Virus record (IMG/VR): IMGVR_UViG_3300046750_000723
Reading direction: 5' to 3' (one strand)
Source of the DNA: an uncultured virus (IMG/VR IMGVR_UViG_3300046750_000723)
Taxonomy: Duplodnaviria; Heunggongvirae; Uroviricota; Caudoviricetes
Length of the DNA: 64,000 nucleotides
The translations under genes and the position numbers were made by a program. Below are positions 51,716 through 62,032 of the stretch, in pieces (position 1 is the stretch's first letter; the number at the start of each line of letters is the position of its first letter). Under the pieces are notes generated by a model. It ran no database searches and was not told the DNA's origin. It saw only the letters and a program-made list of their open reading frames with translations.

Positions 51716-54700
51716 ATGGGACAGACAGTTAAACTGCGTAGAAGCGCTATATCCGGTAAGATTCCGATTAATTCACAACTACTACTTGGTGAATTATCCA
51801 TGAATACAACCGACGGTAAGATTTTCTTATCAAAATCAGGTTCAAACGGACCTTCCGTCGAAGAAGTAATAATCACAAACACACAAAATTTTGGTAATAT
51901 TGACTTAGTTGGCGATTTAACGGCAACTAATATCAGTTCATCCTTTATTGGTGATGGTGGTGGACTTTATAATATTCCTGCATCAGGAGTTACGGGTCTT
52001 AGTTTAGATCGAATAGCGAGTTCAACCTCCACAGCATCTATTGATGCGGATGGTTTACATATTAATACGGATACTACAGTAACAGGGTCTCTCACAGCAA
52101 CAGAATTTACAGGTAGTGGTTTAGGTTTAACAGATGTGCCAATTAAAATCTCAGGATCAGACGCGGGATCGACTTCTATCGATTCTACGTTCACAAGAAT
52201 TAAATTCGATGATTCAACAGGTATAAAAATAAGTGGTACCACAGGTGGTGATGCGGTTGTATTCCTTTCAGGGGTTGCCTCGGAATCGGACGGTGGAGAA
52301 GGTAAAACTGCAAAGTTAGAAGTTACAAGTGCAACAAGTACATGGACATTAAATCACAATTTAAACGAAAAACACCCCTCTATTGAGGTTTTTGACAGTA
52401 ATGATGAGGTTATTATCCCACAGAAAATAGAGGCAACAAGTGTTAATCAAGTGGTTGTTAGTTTTGCATCACCTCAAACAGGTACTGTAACGGCAACTGT
52501 CGGTGGTGGATTACCATCAATTGACTCAGGATATGAGAATAGAGTTTTATCGGTAGATAATAATGGTATTGCAACTTGGAAAACAGGAATACTTAGTGGA
52601 TCTATTGATTTTTCCACTTTAGTTGATACTGGTTCCTTTAACACATACACATCATCAAATGATAACACAAATAGTAATCAAAATGGTAGATTAGATAGTC
52701 TTGAGGAATTCACTTCAAGTATTGACGATACTTATGCTACGGATAATGATGTTACAACACTCAGAACCGATTTAAATACATACACATCATCAACCGATGG
52801 TAGATTAGATTCTTTAGAGACAACAAGTGGATCAAGTAATCTAAGGTTAGATTATATAGAGTCCGTCACTTCTTCACATCACGGCAGATTAAACAGTTTA
52901 GAGACAATAAGTGGGTCCCATGACGGTAGGTTAGATAGTATTGAATCTAAAACGGGGAGTTTCCTTGTTTCTAACGACCTTTCAACAATAGAAGGGAAGA
53001 TTGGGTCTTTAGAAACAACTTCAGGTTCTCATGAGGGAAAACTAAGTAGTTTAGAAACAACAAGTGGTTCACATGATGGAAGATTAGATTCTTTAGAAAC
53101 AACTTCAGGGTCCCACGATGGAAGATTAACCGATCTTGAAACTTTTGAGACTAAAGTTGATACAGGGTTGGAGTTTACAGGTTCAAACGTAACAATAAAG
53201 GGTAATTTATTAGTTAAAGGGACAGAAACAAGGGTAGATTCAACCACAGTAGACATTGACGATAACATTTTATCACTTAATGGTAGTGGTGCGGCAAATG
53301 CGGGTATAGAAGTAAGAGATACGGAGTCCCCAGGTGTTTTATCGGGTTCTTTAATATACGATACGGGTGAAAATACTTGGAAAGCGGGTACTAAAGGAAG
53401 TGAAGAAAGATTACTAATTAATAGTGATCTTACAACATTAGATGGTAGGTTAGATAGTTTAGAATCTACTAGTGGTTCCCACGAAGATAGAATTGATAGA
53501 ATTGAAATATCAACGTCCTCACTAAATTCATTTACGAGTAGTATTAATACCACAATTAAGGGTAAATTAAATAACGATGGTGTAATAAGTGGTTCTATAC
53601 AGATAGATCATGATGCGACCACAAATTACGTAGGTAATGAACACATTGACCACTCATCCATAACAATTGGTAGTGGTAAGGGTCTAACTGGTGGAGGTAC
53701 TATCGATACAAATAGGAGTTTAACTCTCGATACTGGATCGGTACACTTCTTAAGTGGTGTAAAATCTAAATTAAATACTGAAACAGTTGTAAGTGGTTCC
53801 GCACAAATAGATATAACAGGAACTACAAATTATAATTTAGTTGATGGTAGATTAGATAGTATTGAATCTTTTACAAGTAGTATTGATTTAACATATGCCA
53901 CGGATGATGATGTAACAGACTTAAGAAATGATTTAAATACATACACATCATCTAACGACGACACAAACAGTACACAGAATGGTAGATTAGATAGTATTGA
54001 ATCGAGTACGGGTAGTTATCTAACATCATATAATGACGAATACACTACAGGGGCGACTTTTAGTACTTCAAATGGTGTTGTAACATTTACAAGAAATGAT
54101 GGTGATCAATACACGGTCGATCTTGATGGTAGGTATTTAACTTCATTTACAGAAACAGACCCAATATTTACTGCACACGCAGTTTATGACATTACATCAA
54201 CTCAAATAGGTAATTGGGACACCGCATATGGATGGGGTGATCATTCACAAGAAGGATATCTTACAACATACAATAATGAGTATACAACGGGGGCCACATT
54301 TAATGGATCCAACGGTATTATTACTTTCACAAGAAATGATGGAGATACTTACACCCTTAATATTAGTAGTACTTTAACTGACATAAATGTTACTGGTGGT
54401 ACATATAATGACTCAACCCAAACACTAAGACTTAATAAATCAAATGGTACTTCTATTGATGTAACTGGATTTGCGGTGGACACCGTACTTCACACAACAG
54501 GAGCAACATTTAATTCAAGTAATGGTGTGGTTACCTTTACTAAGAATGGTGGGGATACGTACACCGTTGATCTTGATGGAAGATACTTAACCTCATTCAC
54601 AGAAACGGATCCAATATTTACGGCACATGCGGTTTATGACATTACTTCTACCCAAATATCAAATTGGGATACCGCATACGGATGGGGTAACCATGCTAGT

Positions 54701-57700
54701 GCTGGTTATCTAACATCATATACAGATACGAACGAATTTGTAACGGGAGCAACTTTTAATGATGGAAATGGAATTGTTACATTCACAAGAAACAATGGTG
54801 GTGATACATTTACAGTTGATTTAGACGGTAGGTATTTGGAGTTTGAAACCAATGGTAATACTTCAGACGTTAATAATGTTACAAGAACAATATTCAGTGC
54901 TAATAATACTAATGGATCTACTTCAAATAGACCTGTTAATTGGTCAACTGTTTACACTTTAGGTGGTGGATATAACGCCTTACAGTTAGGAACCAATGAA
55001 GATTATTCTGAATCAGGATTATGGGTTAGACAATACAACGGTAACTCGGCATCTCCACAAGGATCTGGTTGGCAGAACTGGACTGAGGTTTGGACGACAA
55101 ATCACTTCTCAGCAAATGATAGAAACAATTGGAATACGGCATATGGATGGGGAGACCATGGTACTGCGGGGTATTTGACTTCATTCACGGAGACTGACCC
55201 AGTATTCACATCCCATGCCGCTTACGATATTACATCAACTCAAATAAGTAATTGGGATACAGCATATGGATGGGGTGATCATGGAAGTGCCGGATACCTT
55301 ACATCATATAACGATGAATATACAACAGGAGCTACTTTTAATGGTGGTAATGGTATTATTACTTTCACAAGAAATGATGGTGACACCTATACCGTAGACA
55401 TCAGTTCAACACTTACCGATATAAATGTCACTGGTGGTACATATAACGATGCTAACCAAACATTAACACTTAATAAATCAAATGGAAGTAGTGTGGATGT
55501 AACTGGATTTGCGGTGGACACTGTACTTCATACAACAGGTGCGACATTTAACAGTAGTAATGGTGTAATAACATTTACTAAAAATGGTGGAGATACATAT
55601 ACTGTTGATATTGACGGTAGATTCTTGACAAGTTACACCGAAACACAAACATTAAATGACGTAACTACCTTAGGTGCGACAACGAGTAACGATCTACAAG
55701 TTGGTGGATTAACAATATCCGATACATTCCCTTATTTGGATTTTGTAGATACTAATAGTTTTACTGACACTGCCGATAGGTTTAGAGTTAGAGCGGGTGG
55801 AAATAATGGTATGATTCAATGGTCTGATTCTTCAGCAGGAACAGTAACCACTTTAATGACTTTCCTACCTGATGGTAAAATAACTATGGGTAATGGTATA
55901 CAATTTACTGCCACTGGTGGTGTAGATATGGGAACCAATACCATAACTGATGGTAAGGTTGCCCAATGGAACACAGCATATGGATGGGGAGATCACTCAC
56001 AAGCAGGATACTTAACAACATACAATAATGAGTACACCACAGGTGCAACATTCAATACAAGTAATGGTGTAATTACATTCACAAGAAACGATGGAGACCA
56101 ATTTACTGTTGATATCGATGGGAGATATTTAACTTCATTTACAGAAACAGACACCTTAAGTAGTGTAACATCAAGAGGAAATTCAACAAACAATTCTATT
56201 AGTGTTGGTGATTTCCTAGCATCTCACCAATCAGCACAGAACGCAACGACTAAGGCGGAGATGTTAAGTATGGGGGTTGCTAAGTTTAGACCCCATTCTA
56301 CGAATTCGGGTACTTTAGCAATAGCACAAGTGGATGCGGGTAACTCAGTTGGTTTACAATTTACAAATGGTGCGGGTACCGCTGATTGGGACATGTCATT
56401 ACAACCATTTGGAGGTAATGTTGGTATTAATAAGGTTAATCCTTCAGGTGCACTTCATGTATATAGTGGTACTTCAGAAAGATTCTTAGTTAGTGGCGAT
56501 GTACATGTACAAGGTTCAACTGATTTAAATATTAATGGTGCAAGTAGAAGATTATCATTTACAAGTGGTACAGGTACTATTAGAACCACAACCGCAAACG
56601 AACTATACTTACAAACAAACTCAACCACTGCAATTACCATAGATGCCAATCAAAACGTTGAAATTTCGGGTACTCTTTCTGCAAGTGGGTATAATAAAAC
56701 AAATTGGGATACCGCATATGGATGGGGTGATCATTCACAAGCGGGATACGTAACCTCAAGTGGAAATACTATTATAGGTACGGACTCAGATATAAATACA
56801 TCAGGTTCTTATGTTGTTGACCAATTAACAATGACTGATGGTGTAATAACAAGTCATTCTACAAGACAATTGTCAGAATTAAGGATTCCTGATACACGAG
56901 CGGCAGAAAAAACACCTAATGAATATACCGATCAACACCTTTCGTTAGATTTTACCGATGAATATGGTTCTTTAGGTTCATGGTATAGTGGAATAACTTT
57001 AAAAGGTTGGACAGGTACATATGCGGCTTGGCAATTAATATCGGAAGCGGATAGTGGTATTGGAGATACAAACCTATATTTTAGACAGGGTAATGGTACT
57101 ACTTGGCAATCTATGAGAACCGTATGGACAAGTGCTAACTTTGCCAACAACTCATCTAATTGGAATACAGCGTATGGATGGGGAGATCACTCACAAGCGG
57201 GATACTTAACTTCAAGTTCAACTCAAAGTAAATACTTAAGAAGTGATACTGATGATACTACAACGGGAGCACTTACAATTGGTGAGGGTACTAACCAAGC
57301 AAGACTTATAATAAAGAAAGCGGATAACGACGTATCGGATCATATTGTATTTTATAATGGAACAACTCGTATTGGTGAGATTGGTGCACAAGATGATACA
57401 TGGTTAAGAATTAATCAAAACACAAGTAAAAATATATACACACCAAGATACATAAGAGCCGACGCAGGTTTCTTTGTTGATGGTACAAGTAAAGGTATTA
57501 ATGGGTCGGGTAATTTCATCGGTGGTACTATTGCAGGTGCAAGTGACGCGAACGTAACTAATTGGGATACCGCATATGAATGGGGAGATCATTCACAAGA
57601 GGGTTATTTAACCTCTTATAATGATGAGTATACCACAGGTGCAACATTTAATGGTGGTAATGGTATAATCACATTTACAAGAAATGATGGAGATCAGTAC

Positions 57701-60520
57701 ACTGTTGATATTAGTAGTACTTTAACTGATATAAATGTCACTGGTGGTACATATAATGACGCTAACCAAACATTAACACTTAATAAATCAAATGGAAGTA
57801 GTGTAGATGTTACGGGGTTCGCAGTCGATACGGTTTTACATACAACAGGTGCAACATTTAACAGTGGTAATGGTGTTGTAACTTTTACTAAGAATGGTGG
57901 AGACACATATACTGTTGATTTAGATGGTAGATATTTAACTTCAGAATCTAACAGTTTCTTGGGTGATGGTGGATCTGCAAATACTCACCCTGGCACAAAT
58001 AAGGTAATATTTACAGGTCAAGTAAGTGCAGGTTCAGGAGCATTGGGGATGCCTACCGTAGATAATTCAAATGCATTCTTAAATATTAATAGACACTCAG
58101 GTGAATACAATAGTCAGTTAGGGTTTAGTTCTAACGGTAACATATATTATAGAAAGTTTAGTGCGGCGGCAATAAACTCAACTCAAGCATGGTTACAAGT
58201 TTATCATTCAGGTAATTTCACCAACAACTCAAGTAATTGGAATACAGCGTATGGATGGGGTGATCACAGTACTGCAGGATACATAACTTCTCAAGCGACA
58301 GACTTTGTGTCCAAATCAAGTGGTGGTCAGTTTGATGGTTTAATCACAATTAAAGAGGATACAAATACATCAACAACCGCCGGTAAGAGTTTATTAACGT
58401 TACATAACGAAAATTCTGATATATCACAACAACAGTCTTTTATTGATTTTAAGTTTACTGACACTAACGCAAATTACACACCACAAGTACGTATAGGTGC
58501 ACAGGTTGGTCCAGATGCGGACGCAAACGCAATGTCTAAAGAAGGTGCGGGTTCGTTTGTGGTATATACTGCACCTGTTGGTAGTGATGAGTTAGGTAAT
58601 AGTAGTGGTTTAGCGGAACAGTTCAGAGTTAGTTACAATGGAACGGTTACTGCACAAGGTCAGATAGTAGCGACAGGTGGTAACTCAGGTAATTGGAATA
58701 CAGCGTATGGATGGGGAGATCATTCACAAGTGGGATATCTAACAAGTAGTTCAACACAATCAAAATATCTAAGAACTGATGTTGACGACACTATAGAAAG
58801 TGGAAGTATTATATCATTTAAAACCGCTGCTGGTACTACGAGAGGATTTTTACAATCGACAGACACAAATGACGAACATTTCATTATTGCCACATCGGGA
58901 GGTGAAGACATTGCATTTAAGGATGGTGGTGTAGCTGGTACTACTAACATGGTAATTAGAGGTGACGGTAACGTTGTTGTAACAGGTAGTGTAACCGCAT
59001 CAGGAGGAAACTCAGGTAATTGGAATACAGCGTATGGATGGGGTGATCATTCACAAGAAGGTTATATAAAAAGTTTTGATAATGATATTGACTATATAAA
59101 TTCAGCATCATTCGATACAGGTACGGGTGTTATCACAGGTACAGGTGTGGGTAATGCAGGGTTCACTGTCGATATTGATGGTAGGTATTTAAAAATATCA
59201 GATAAGGCCGCGGATTCAGATAAACTTGATGGTATTGATTCTTCAGAGTTTTTAAGAAGTAACACGGCGGACACTTTCACAGGTACTATAACAATGGGTA
59301 CTCAAAAGGCGTTAGTGGCTAATAACTATGGACGAGGTGTTTATGGTATATATTCCTCAACAAGATACCAACACGTATGGTCTATGGGTACGAGTTATAA
59401 TCTCTCAGATGACGGTACAAGTGCAGGTAATTTATACGGATTAGCGTTTACACACACAAATGTTGGTGGAGAATCTAAATCAGGTTTAGATCATCAAATG
59501 TTAATAATGAGGAATGGTACTACTGTATCTGCCATTGGGGCGGGTATATGGACAGATGGTACTATAACAACAACATCCCATGGTAATTCATCACAATGGA
59601 ACACCGCATATGGATGGGGTAACCACGCAAGTGCTGGTTACGCATCTTCATCACACACACACTCGACGAGTGATATTACAAGTGGTACATTTGTAGCGGC
59701 GAGATTCTCGCAGAGTACGAGATACAACATAGGTCTTATCCTTGGATACAGTTCTCAAACAAGAGATAAAATAAGAGTTTGGGATTCAAGTGAGTATTCG
59801 ATTGGTATGAAGAATGGGTATGATTACGGTCATATAGGATCAGGTGAATACGCAATGTCATTCCAAATGAGTAATACCGCCGGTAGAGGTTGGTGGTGGG
59901 GAGACACCTCACATACCGATGACCAAGGAGCCGCGTCAATCACCACCGAAGGTAAAATGGTTATTGCAAAATCACTATCAGTTGGTCAGGGTGAGACGAT
60001 AACAAACCCAAGTGACACACCATTATATGTTGAAGGTACAACTGCAGGTGAAACAGTATTCGAGGTACAAGGTACAAGTGGTCAGTTATTCTCAATAACA
60101 GATAGTTTAATAGGGGACATATTTGAAGTATCCGACATATCGGGTATACCAATCTTAACTGTTAATTCTTCAGGTGTAGTAACTGTAGACGATACTTTAC
60201 ATGTAACGGGAGATGTTATTGCATACTACGCATCCGATAAGAGATTGAAAGACAATATTAAACCTATTGAAAACGCAATTGATAAAATAAAAATGATTGG
60301 TGGTTATGAGTTCGATTGGAATTCAAACTCAAAAAATAACAATGGTCATGATGTGGGTGTTATTGCACAAGAAATAGAAGAAGTATTACCTGAACTTGTT
60401 GGAACAAGAAGTGATGGTTATAAAGGTGTTAAGTACGAAAAACTAACAGCACTACTAATACAATCAAATAAAGAATTAATTGAGAGAGTAGAAGAACTCG
60501 AATCTAAACTAAAGAAATAG
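51716..60520 (+). CDS. Long tail fibre protein with C-terminal intramolecular chaperone (peptidase S74)
   Basis: C-terminal SDKRLKDNI...GVIAQE...YEKLTALLI; coiled-coil GRLDSLE repeats; 12 WxTAY[GE]WG repeats; knob-like modules. Confidence 0.9.
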   Translation: MGQTVKLRRSAISGKIPINSQLLLGELSMNTTDGKIFLSKSGSNGPSVEEVIITNTQNFGNIDLVGDLTATNISSSFIGDGGGLYNIPASGVTGLSLDRIASSTSTASIDADGLHINTDTTVTGSLTATEFTGSGLGLTDVPIKISGSDAGSTSIDSTFTRIKFDDSTGIKISGTTGGDAVVFLSGVASESDGGEGKTAKLEVTSATSTWTLNHNLNEKHPSIEVFDSNDEVIIPQKIEATSVNQVVVSFASPQTGTVTATVGGGLPSIDSGYENRVLSVDNNGIATWKTGILSGSIDFSTLVDTGSFNTYTSSNDNTNSNQNGRLDSLEEFTSSIDDTYATDNDVTTLRTDLNTYTSSTDGRLDSLETTSGSSNLRLDYIESVTSSHHGRLNSLETISGSHDGRLDSIESKTGSFLVSNDLSTIEGKIGSLETTSGSHEGKLSSLETTSGSHDGRLDSLETTSGSHDGRLTDLETFETKVDTGLEFTGSNVTIKGNLLVKGTETRVDSTTVDIDDNILSLNGSGAANAGIEVRDTESPGVLSGSLIYDTGENTWKAGTKGSEERLLINSDLTTLDGRLDSLESTSGSHEDRIDRIEISTSSLNSFTSSINTTIKGKLNNDGVISGSIQIDHDATTNYVGNEHIDHSSITIGSGKGLTGGGTIDTNRSLTLDTGSVHFLSGVKSKLNTETVVSGSAQIDITGTTNYNLVDGRLDSIESFTSSIDLTYATDDDVTDLRNDLNTYTSSNDDTNSTQNGRLDSIESSTGSYLTSYNDEYTTGATFSTSNGVVTFTRNDGDQYTVDLDGRYLTSFTETDPIFTAHAVYDITSTQIGNWDTAYGWGDHSQEGYLTTYNNEYTTGATFNGSNGIITFTRNDGDTYTLNISSTLTDINVTGGTYNDSTQTLRLNKSNGTSIDVTGFAVDTVLHTTGATFNSSNGVVTFTKNGGDTYTVDLDGRYLTSFTETDPIFTAHAVYDITSTQISNWDTAYGWGNHASAGYLTSYTDTNEFVTGATFNDGNGIVTFTRNNGGDTFTVDLDGRYLEFETNGNTSDVNNVTRTIFSANNTNGSTSNRPVNWSTVYTLGGGYNALQLGTNEDYSESGLWVRQYNGNSASPQGSGWQNWTEVWTTNHFSANDRNNWNTAYGWGDHGTAGYLTSFTETDPVFTSHAAYDITSTQISNWDTAYGWGDHGSAGYLTSYNDEYTTGATFNGGNGIITFTRNDGDTYTVDISSTLTDINVTGGTYNDANQTLTLNKSNGSSVDVTGFAVDTVLHTTGATFNSSNGVITFTKNGGDTYTVDIDGRFLTSYTETQTLNDVTTLGATTSNDLQVGGLTISDTFPYLDFVDTNSFTDTADRFRVRAGGNNGMIQWSDSSAGTVTTLMTFLPDGKITMGNGIQFTATGGVDMGTNTITDGKVAQWNTAYGWGDHSQAGYLTTYNNEYTTGATFNTSNGVITFTRNDGDQFTVDIDGRYLTSFTETDTLSSVTSRGNSTNNSISVGDFLASHQSAQNATTKAEMLSMGVAKFRPHSTNSGTLAIAQVDAGNSVGLQFTNGAGTADWDMSLQPFGGNVGINKVNPSGALHVYSGTSERFLVSGDVHVQGSTDLNINGASRRLSFTSGTGTIRTTTANELYLQTNSTTAITIDANQNVEISGTLSASGYNKTNWDTAYGWGDHSQAGYVTSSGNTIIGTDSDINTSGSYVVDQLTMTDGVITSHSTRQLSELRIPDTRAAEKTPNEYTDQHLSLDFTDEYGSLGSWYSGITLKGWTGTYAAWQLISEADSGIGDTNLYFRQGNGTTWQSMRTVWTSANFANNSSNWNTAYGWGDHSQAGYLTSSSTQSKYLRSDTDDTTTGALTIGEGTNQARLIIKKADNDVSDHIVFYNGTTRIGEIGAQDDTWLRINQNTSKNIYTPRYIRADAGFFVDGTSKGINGSGNFIGGTIAGASDANVTNWDTAYEWGDHSQEGYLTSYNDEYTTGATFNGGNGIITFTRNDGDQYTVDISSTLTDINVTGGTYNDANQTLTLNKSNGSSVDVTGFAVDTVLHTTGATFNSGNGVVTFTKNGGDTYTVDLDGRYLTSESNSFLGDGGSANTHPGTNKVIFTGQVSAGSGALGMPTVDNSNAFLNINRHSGEYNSQLGFSSNGNIYYRKFSAAAINSTQAWLQVYHSGNFTNNSSNWNTAYGWGDHSTAGYITSQATDFVSKSSGGQFDGLITIKEDTNTSTTAGKSLLTLHNENSDISQQQSFIDFKFTDTNANYTPQVRIGAQVGPDADANAMSKEGAGSFVVYTAPVGSDELGNSSGLAEQFRVSYNGTVTAQGQIVATGGNSGNWNTAYGWGDHSQVGYLTSSSTQSKYLRTDVDDTIESGSIISFKTAAGTTRGFLQSTDTNDEHFIIATSGGEDIAFKDGGVAGTTNMVIRGDGNVVVTGSVTASGGNSGNWNTAYGWGDHSQEGYIKSFDNDIDYINSASFDTGTGVITGTGVGNAGFTVDIDGRYLKISDKAADSDKLDGIDSSEFLRSNTADTFTGTITMGTQKALVANNYGRGVYGIYSSTRYQHVWSMGTSYNLSDDGTSAGNLYGLAFTHTNVGGESKSGLDHQMLIMRNGTTVSAIGAGIWTDGTITTTSHGNSSQWNTAYGWGNHASAGYASSSHTHSTSDITSGTFVAARFSQSTRYNIGLILGYSSQTRDKIRVWDSSEYSIGMKNGYDYGHIGSGEYAMSFQMSNTAGRGWWWGDTSHTDDQGAASITTEGKMVIAKSLSVGQGETITNPSDTPLYVEGTTAGETVFEVQGTSGQLFSITDSLIGDIFEVSDISGIPILTVNSSGVVTVDDTLHVTGDVIAYYASDKRLKDNIKPIENAIDKIKMIGGYEFDWNSNSKNNNGHDVGVIAQEIEEVLPELVGTRSDGYKGVKYEKLTALLIQSNKELIERVEELESKLKK
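54212..59640 (+). repeat. 12 dispersed [NQ]W[DN]TAY[GE]WG[DN]HxxxGY repeats
   Basis: Copies near 54212, 54662, 55127, 55250, 55964, 56702, 57158, 57560, 58235, 58691, 59018 and 59594. Confidence 0.9.
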
Positions 60521-61693
60521 ATGGGAATTCATAGAGGACCAAATATGGAAAAAGGTGGATTAGTATTCGGATATGATAGTGGACACGGTGTGTGCGACAA
60601 TCACACGAGTAGTAGGTTTTACCAAGGTAAACCCACAACTAATACTTGGAATAAAAACTCACATAGTTACACCAGTGGGAATATAACCGCCACAAGAAAT
60701 GCAACACCACCCGTACCACCACCACTTGAAGCTCAAGGGTTTGAAGTTTATAAGTTACAATCTAACGATGGTGGATTAAATCAAGGTATAATGGGAACCT
60801 CTAACGTAGTAAATGGTGTGGGTGGTAATTATGTCCATAGTGTTTACTGTTATTTAGAATCAGGAACAATCGTAACGGTGGGTCAACATTGGAATCCATG
60901 GGCGTATGGTGACACACAAAATCCACCTTTAGGTAGGTGGGTAAGGTTATCTCAAACAGTTACTAATGATGTTAATAATTACGGTAATGTTGCAAACGCA
61001 TATAGAACCAACGGAGTTGCTTACTTTACGGCACCTCAATATGAATTAGGAAGTGTCGTAACCCCACATGTGGATGGTGACCGACCATCAACAGAGTCAC
61101 TCATAGATCTAAAAAGAACAACAGATATTGATATGTCTAACCTATCGTTTGATTCAACAGGACAACCTACTTTTGATGGTACAAACGATTATCTTGTTAC
61201 TTATGAGGACTTTCTAATAAAGGGAGATCAAACATGGGAAATTGTAGCTATGTCTACAGGAGCCCCCGACTCACCTGCGGGTATACTAACAAATCACCAC
61301 TTTCAGTCTCCACAATCTAATTTTGGAATAAACTATGTAAGTGGAAGTAGGTTAGGTGCCTCTATTGGATATACAAATGGGTCAAGAGAATATGCGTCCA
61401 AAAACACATCTTACGTTATTCAAGAGAATGTACCATTTCATGCCGTATTAAAATACGACTCATCTAATAACACAATAGAGTGGTTTATAAATGGAGTATC
61501 AGATTCGACGTATAGTCTTTCATCAACTCCCAATTTTATACCTCAACCCATATGTTCAGGTAGATGGACACCAATATATAATGATTATTATTTTAATGGT
61601 GCGGTGTATGTTGGTAAAGTATATGGTAGAGCACTCACATCCGACGAGATAAAACAAAATTATAACAGCTATAAAAACAGATTTAACTTATAA
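60521..61693 (+). CDS. LamG/concanavalin A-like domain protein (putative receptor-binding)
   Basis: FDGTNDY...FINGV...YFNGAV..GKVYGRALTSDEIKQNY. Confidence 0.8.
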   Translation: MGIHRGPNMEKGGLVFGYDSGHGVCDNHTSSRFYQGKPTTNTWNKNSHSYTSGNITATRNATPPVPPPLEAQGFEVYKLQSNDGGLNQGIMGTSNVVNGVGGNYVHSVYCYLESGTIVTVGQHWNPWAYGDTQNPPLGRWVRLSQTVTNDVNNYGNVANAYRTNGVAYFTAPQYELGSVVTPHVDGDRPSTESLIDLKRTTDIDMSNLSFDSTGQPTFDGTNDYLVTYEDFLIKGDQTWEIVAMSTGAPDSPAGILTNHHFQSPQSNFGINYVSGSRLGASIGYTNGSREYASKNTSYVIQENVPFHAVLKYDSSNNTIEWFINGVSDSTYSLSSTPNFIPQPICSGRWTPIYNDYYFNGAVYVGKVYGRALTSDEIKQNYNSYKNRFNL

Positions 61694-61697
61694 CGAT

Positions 61698-62030
61698 ATG
61701 TACGAAAACAGAAGATGGTTAGTAATACCAACAACATTAATAGATACAATTGATTTCAATCAAGTACTTGAGTCATCATCAGAATCATTAAGATTTTCTG
61801 TAGATGGTTCAAAAACTTTTATTAAATATGAGGTTAATGTGGTAACAGAAGAATATAATGAGGAATATCAAGACGCCGAAGACCCTACAATAATTTATAC
61901 TAATACAATAGAAGTTGGAGTTTATGGTAGACCTTCAATTTATTCTGAAGAGTACCAAGAATATAACCACAAGGAAATCTTAGAATTATTAAGGTCTCCT
62001 GAGTGGAGTCCAAGTAATGATATTCAATAA
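61698..62030 (+). CDS. Hypothetical phage protein (possible fibre-associated)
   Basis: ORF track; IDFNQVLE...LRFSVDGSKTFIKY...EW. Confidence 0.55.
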   Translation: MYENRRWLVIPTTLIDTIDFNQVLESSSESLRFSVDGSKTFIKYEVNVVTEEYNEEYQDAEDPTIIYTNTIEVGVYGRPSIYSEEYQEYNHKEILELLRSPEWSPSNDIQ

Positions 62031-62032
62031 AG

